64,000 nt of DNA, from positions 1,984,001 through 2,048,000 of the forward strand of contig CAVNZM010000015.1 of NCBI GenBank assembly GCA_963693365.1, in the 5' to 3' direction. The notes under the pieces were generated by a model, which worked only from the letters and a program-made list of their open reading frames with translations, was not told the DNA's origin and searched no databases. The DNA is from Amoebidium appalachense (taxonomy: Eukaryota; Protista; Ichthyosporea). Position numbers and translations under genes: made by a program. Below, in pieces: positions 58,346 through 64,000 of this stretch; the stretch's first letter is position 1; every line of letters starts with the position of its first letter.

Positions 58346-59958
58346 TTATCCTTGGCCGTCTAAACGATACACTTCCTTTCATCCTAGCAATCCCAGCACC
58401 ACCAAAGCAACTCCGTGAATAATCGATCAGTTGTACAGTTTTCTGGACAATTTCTATGGGTGGGCAAACATCGTTGAAAATTCAACCGACACACCTGGGT
58501 TTTTGAGCGAAGTTTACGTTTTTAACACCACCTGGACGGTTCACAACAGCACGGTCAACTGGAAGGAGGGTCTCAGGAAGATAAACGAAACGGAATGGGA
58601 TTCTGGGTTTGAATACCACCATGCTATTGCCAAGCTCTTTGCCAGTTTCAAGGACGCACACACGTTTTACTACATTCCTCCTTTGAGCTTTCCCCTCGTT
58701 CTTCCCTTCAGGTGTGTATGCGTAATCCTGCCTAGGACTGATGAGCTATCAATTCAAGCCCAATTTGAGTTGGGATTTTCCTTTTGCTCTAGCTTTTCTG
58801 TTCCATTCAAGAGTGCCGCTTTCAGACGGCGTTACGAGCAGGGTGTTGTTTTTCTTGAACTTGTGAACTTCTCAGAAAATGCATAAATGCAGGAAGCCTC
58901 GGTCTGATGAAGGAGTGGTCAATAATCTATGATAGTAGTATGGATTTTCATGTTATGTGGGATTCCGAACGGGGCAACAGAAAATACTGCCACGGTTTGA
59001 GAGTTTTGAAGGTCAAAGCATACATACATGCCGCCGCTGTCGAGATTGTGGCCCAAAGGGGATAGTATTACGGATACTATATGCCAAAAATAACTTATAC
59101 AGAGAATTGTTGAGACATGGTTGAATGGCTCTATTCGATATTCAAAGTAGAAGTTCGCGCTAGCCTCTGCCCAACTTGAATTCTGCTTACTTCCGCCCAA
59201 CCAAACTTTGTTTTAGATAGACTAAGTCTATCAAGTTACTCAGCCAGAATTGTCTTTTCTCTCCCAGGTTCGACTCCAAGGTGGTTGACGGTAAGCAAGT
59301 TCTCGTACTCAACGGCAACACTCTGACAAACTCCTACCTCCACTATGGCGCCGACTTCCAGAAACTGGTGCCCGAGGAGCACTTTGGGAAACCCATCGAG
59401 TCGGTCAACGGACAGGACCCCGTCGACTTTTTCCAGGTAGCTGGAAATTTATCAACCCGAGCGGCGTCCTTCCCCCCCCCCCCCCCCCCCCCCCCAACCC
59501 TCATCCCTGCCCCTCCCAAGGCTCTTGCGTGACAACCCCTCCCCCCTCCCCCCACACACACACCCACACCCACCCACCCAGCTGCCGCGGGGCCCTCTGC
59601 CCAGGCCCTCCCCCCCCCCCCCCCCCCCCCCTCTCCCCTTGGGGTCCTGCCACCATATGCCCTCGCCCTGCAGGTGGCACACGAAAGGAAAATAGGACAG
59701 AATTTAGCGGCCCTCCTAACTTGTCTGGCCGCTTTTTGGGGAATCCTTACTCCACTGTTACTTTTCTCTCAGTCACAGTCAGATCCAGTGAATGTTTCCA
59801 GGTGTGGTCTCGGAGTACCTGGTGAAGAAGAAGAGAGGGGACGGTACCGGAGGGAGGGGGAGGGAGATGGGGGGGGAGAAGGGGGGAGTGGGGGAGTGGG
59901 GGGTAAGGAAAGGAATATGTTTGGGTGTGTGTGTGTGTGTGGTGGTGGTGGTGGTGGT

Positions 59959-60006
<48 letters not shown>

Positions 60007-61655
60007 GGGAGGGAGGGGGGGGAGGGGGGGAGTGGCTGGGAAAGAGAAGATTAAAAAAAAAAAGTACCCCACATTACATGAACTTTGCGTACTGTCGTTC
60101 CTGATATTTATGTAGTTGTGTCAACTGGGGGTTTCGCAAGAATTTTCCTTCTGAATGCTCGTATTAGTACACCATGAAGTATGCCCCCCCCCCCCCCCCC
60201 TCCCCCCCCCTCCTTCCTCCCCTGAGATACCATATGCGGCACAGTAGCTAGTCTTTGGAACCAACCAAACATGTTGACTCATACGGAAAAATGAGAGAAT
60301 AAACTGAATGCTCACATTGTAATTTCCATTGCAGGTTTGGACGAGAATGGATCAGCTCGTTCGAGAAGTTCAACGTAACTGCTAACTACAAGTAACCCTC
60401 TCCCCCCTCCGCTCGCCCCCCCCCCCCTCCCCCCCTCCCCCCCCCACCACCACCACCACACACACACACCACCCTCCCGCCGCCCTCGCCCTTTCCCAAC
60501 CCTTCCTCCCAATGTCGCACTCCCTGTCTGCCATCCCCCTCTCCACCCCCCCCTCTCCACCCCTCCCCCTCCCCCTCCCCCCTCCCCTTCCCCCCTCCCC
60601 CTCCCCCCCCCCCCTCCCCAACTCCTTTTTAAAACATTACTCGCCTTCTTGTGGCCATGGGTGCACACCCAGAGCAAATATCAACTAATTATTGATTCCT
60701 TTATTCTGGTCTGGTGATTTTGCTTGCATGTATGCGGGCAAGTCCTGCTATCAATACCGTCAAATGGAACTCTAGCGTTATCAGGTTTGAATCTGTGCAA
60801 ATATAACTGGTCTGGGATATGTGCGGCAAATGAAAGCACTATTGTCTTGCATGTTTGTTTTTTGTTTTTTTTGTTTTTTTTTTGCTTTTTTTTTGCCCCT
60901 TCTTGGCTCACATGTAGCCAATAATATGTGAGCAGCTCTATATTACTAGTATTATTGAACCTTTTAAGAATGCAGAGAGTTTCCAAAGTAATGCTTTCAA
61001 TAGATGTGGGCACTTCCGGAAATTTATTTCTCTCAACGAATTCGGGCCATATGTGCTGACATATCTTGTGTGCAGAAACGAGAGCGAAGTGCAAAATTAC
61101 CTCTCGGACCTCGACACTGCCATTGCATACCACACCACCACCGACCCGGACCATGGGGCAGAGCTTTCCAAGCGCCAGAAAAAGGCGTTTGGTAACTCAA
61201 AATTTGCAAAGTTGCCTCTGGAGGAACAAAACAAGAAAATCACTGAGTGCAGAAAAAATCTGCAAGGTGTGTGCCTCATTTTTTTCTTCTTCTTTTGTTC
61301 TTTTTATTTTCGTTTTTTTTTTTTTTTTTTTTTGCGTCCCGCGGTTATCCGAGTGGGATGGTCCAGAACCCCCCCCCCCCCCCCCCCCCCTCTCCCCCTT
61401 GACTACTAACATTGCTGTCGTCCTTTTGGACAGCATTTGCACCTCACCGGTTCGAACACAAGCCATACATATGCATGTAATCGAATCTTGCCTAGAGCTC
61501 GTGTTGCTCCTGCTCCCCTTGTCCCCCCTCCCCCCGTGCTCCCCGTTCAACCACCTACCCATCCACAGACCAATAATGCCTACTTCCTCCCTCCTTCGAT
61601 TTCCCCGTCACATTCTCCCTTTTCCTGCTTCTCCCTCCCCCCCCCCCCCCCCCCC

Positions 61656-61692
<37 letters not shown>

Positions 61693-61789
61693 CTCCTTGC
61701 TCCCCCCCCCCCCCCTCCCCCCTTCCCTCCCCCAGGCCGGCTTTCGTATATCTGAATTAATCTCACCTCGGAAACCATCACACTCCCCC

Positions 61790-61878
<89 letters not shown>

Positions 61879-63167
61879 ACACACACACAGCCGAGTACAA
61901 TAAACTCAGCAATGATGGCATCGGCAAGATCGGCTTCACGCCATACGATGCCGACGGCGGCTTGGACCCACTCACCCTCAAACCCCTCAAGCCCGACTTC
62001 CTCGGAACTACCGTGGAGTACGAATGGGGCGGTACTAAGGCAAACTTCTCTCGCCGTTTCCTTGCGTTTGACTGTACGCAGACCGACATGCCTGCAATCC
62101 GCAAGAAATTCACCAAGAGGTTTAAGGAGCTTGTTGTTCTCACGGACGGGGCGTGCGGGTCGGCGTGTTCCGCTTTCACGTTGCAGATTTTGGCCTCTGG
62201 GCACACGACGGTTGTGTCTGTGGGTGGGCGCGTGGGTGAGCCCCTAGACACCGGGTCATTCAACGGGGGGAATTTGGTTTTTGGAACCTGATTTTCGGCC
62301 AATACATGAACAATCTTGCCCTTGCCAGCATGGTGCAGGACGAATCACGCATCAGCCTGCAGGAGAGCAATGTGCCCCTGCCACTAACCGATTCAGCAAT
62401 TTTATGTATCCTCCTCCCCTCCCTACCCCCCGCAACACACACACACACACTCCCCCCTTCCGTCTTCCTCCCGTCCCTCTCTCTCTCACCCCTCCCCCGG
62501 CCCCCCTCCCCCTCCCCCTCCCCCCTTCCCCCCCCCCCCCCCCCCTCCCCCCAATCGGCCACTACCAAAAAGACCTTGTAGAACCTGGCCGCTTGGTGTT
62601 GGTCTTTAACCTGCCAATGAAGACTTCTCCCCCCCCCCCCCCCCCCTCTCCCCCCCCCCCCCCCCCTCCCACTCACCCACCCCTCGCCCCCACTCCCCTC
62701 AACCCTCCCCCATCCCCCCATCTTATACTTTCTATCTGTTCGATTGTTTCTCCTATTCCTTTGGGATATACCCCCCCCCTCGCCCCCTCTCCCCCCCCCC
62801 CCCCCCCTCCCCCCCTCCCCCCCTCCCCCCCCCCCCCCCCCAAAAAAAAAAAAAGAAAAGAAAAAAAGAAAAAAAACCTTACTCACAGCTGTTGCAAGGC
62901 CAAAAGACACTGACTGGTGTATGCCCACAGTTTGGACTCAATTTCGCCATCGGTTCATCCAACCTTCTTCCAGCCAACGCTCTGCCGGTGGAGTGGTACA
63001 CCAAGCCGGCCAATGTGCACCTGGACGTGTGGCCCAGCTACATGGCCCTAGACTACAGCATGTGGTCTAAACTTGCCCCGGACCAGTACAAGGAGTGGGG
63101 GCAGCTTTATGCACACCTGGCCGCTAGCAGCATAGGTGACTTGGGTAAATTTCCACAGGCCGCATAG
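58346..63167 (+). pseudogene. Decayed tandem paralog of the S41 peptidase
   Basis: Homologous exons at about 58346-58711, 59269-59436, 60335-60391, 61076-61266, 61891-62400, 62931-63167. It lacks the signal peptide and has a stop/frameshift at about 58419 (GAA TAA). It also lacks the three exons including the DxxGNGGG motif, leaving a phase 0 to phase 2 mismatch, and has a frameshift in a T run at about 62280. Confidence 0.85.
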
Positions 63168-63636
63168 GGGAAGATGAAGCTTTTATAACATTTCCATAAG
63201 CGGAATAGCCCGTTAGAAGAATGAGCAATGAGTGTTTTTGACACTATTTTGGCGAAAGGTGGTTCTAGTAATATCTGTTCAATTAAGGCTTCTATTGTAA
63301 TGTTGCATGTGGGCTAGCTTGGGTTTGTACAACCGGCACCTGGTTCGAAAGTTGGCAGAGAGGAGGTTTTGCTCAAGCGTGCCACCGTCTTCAGCTCCTT
63401 GATAGAAACCGGTTTGTTATGTTGTAATGTTATAGTAAAATGTAAAACAAACATCACGTTTAAGCCACTCTGTGATCGCTTTAAGAGAAGCTATTATTAC
63501 GGTGACACGTGGATTCTGCATCATAGCTGTATGTACAGTTTTCATTGTTGTAGCATTGCGCCAGGTGCGTAACTTTAAAACCAGACATAAAATTTAATGT
63601 CATCACTTCATTTGGCACCGACCATCTTGGGAGCAT

Positions 63637-63669
<33 letters not shown>

Positions 63670-63898
63670 GCCTGGGGTGTGTCACGGTGTTGGCTACTGT
63701 ACGAGCTATAGATAAATCTGCCATTGAAAGACTGAGTCATGACTGAATCCGGATATTATTGATGGGAATCCCGGGTGCAAGCCATACCGTATATTCTGAT
63801 TTACCGCACTCAGTAAAGGTCCTGGACAAATGTTTCAAACATGTGTTTGAATGCGATTGGGATAATGGTAACGGGAGGTCTTTTTGTTCATCACGCGC

Positions 63899-64000
<102 letters not shown>

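Overview
Intron-rich, microsatellite-laden eukaryotic DNA. A tyrosine-kinase-family receptor and the intron style suggest a unicellular holozoan such as an ichthyosporean (inference). Nearly all short ORFs in the track are (CA)n/(GT)n/poly-C/G noise. Four + strand loci could be rebuilt exon by exon with phase-consistent GT-AG junctions. (1) An ABCC/MRP-type ABC transporter (about 260-21803, 22 exons in the window). (2) A receptor with C-type lectin, TSP1, Thr-rich stalk, TM and a degenerate Tyr-kinase domain (DFG->HFG; about 29.7-44.2 kb). (3) A secreted S41-family peptidase with one in-frame TGA (48140-56317). (4) Its decayed tandem paralog (58.3-63.2 kb). The main anomaly is a 2475-bp non-LTR retroelement inside the NBD2 coding exon of the ABCC gene. 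It is flanked by a 7-bp GGGGTAA direct repeat, and its intact RT ORF is in frame with the host exon. Its 5' junction creates a G|GTAAG donor, and its poly(A) is followed by about 190 nt carrying a branch point, pyrimidine tract and AG. It is therefore a candidate RT-encoding, spliceable 'retro-intron'. Other observations: a compact, highly base-paired ~205-nt segment in the next intron; a clean hAT-type MITE; a sense-oriented intronic repeat family, two copies of which end in a CTAAC branch-point motif; (CA)n tracts in place of polypyrimidine tracts at many acceptors; and a possible orphan minus-strand gene.
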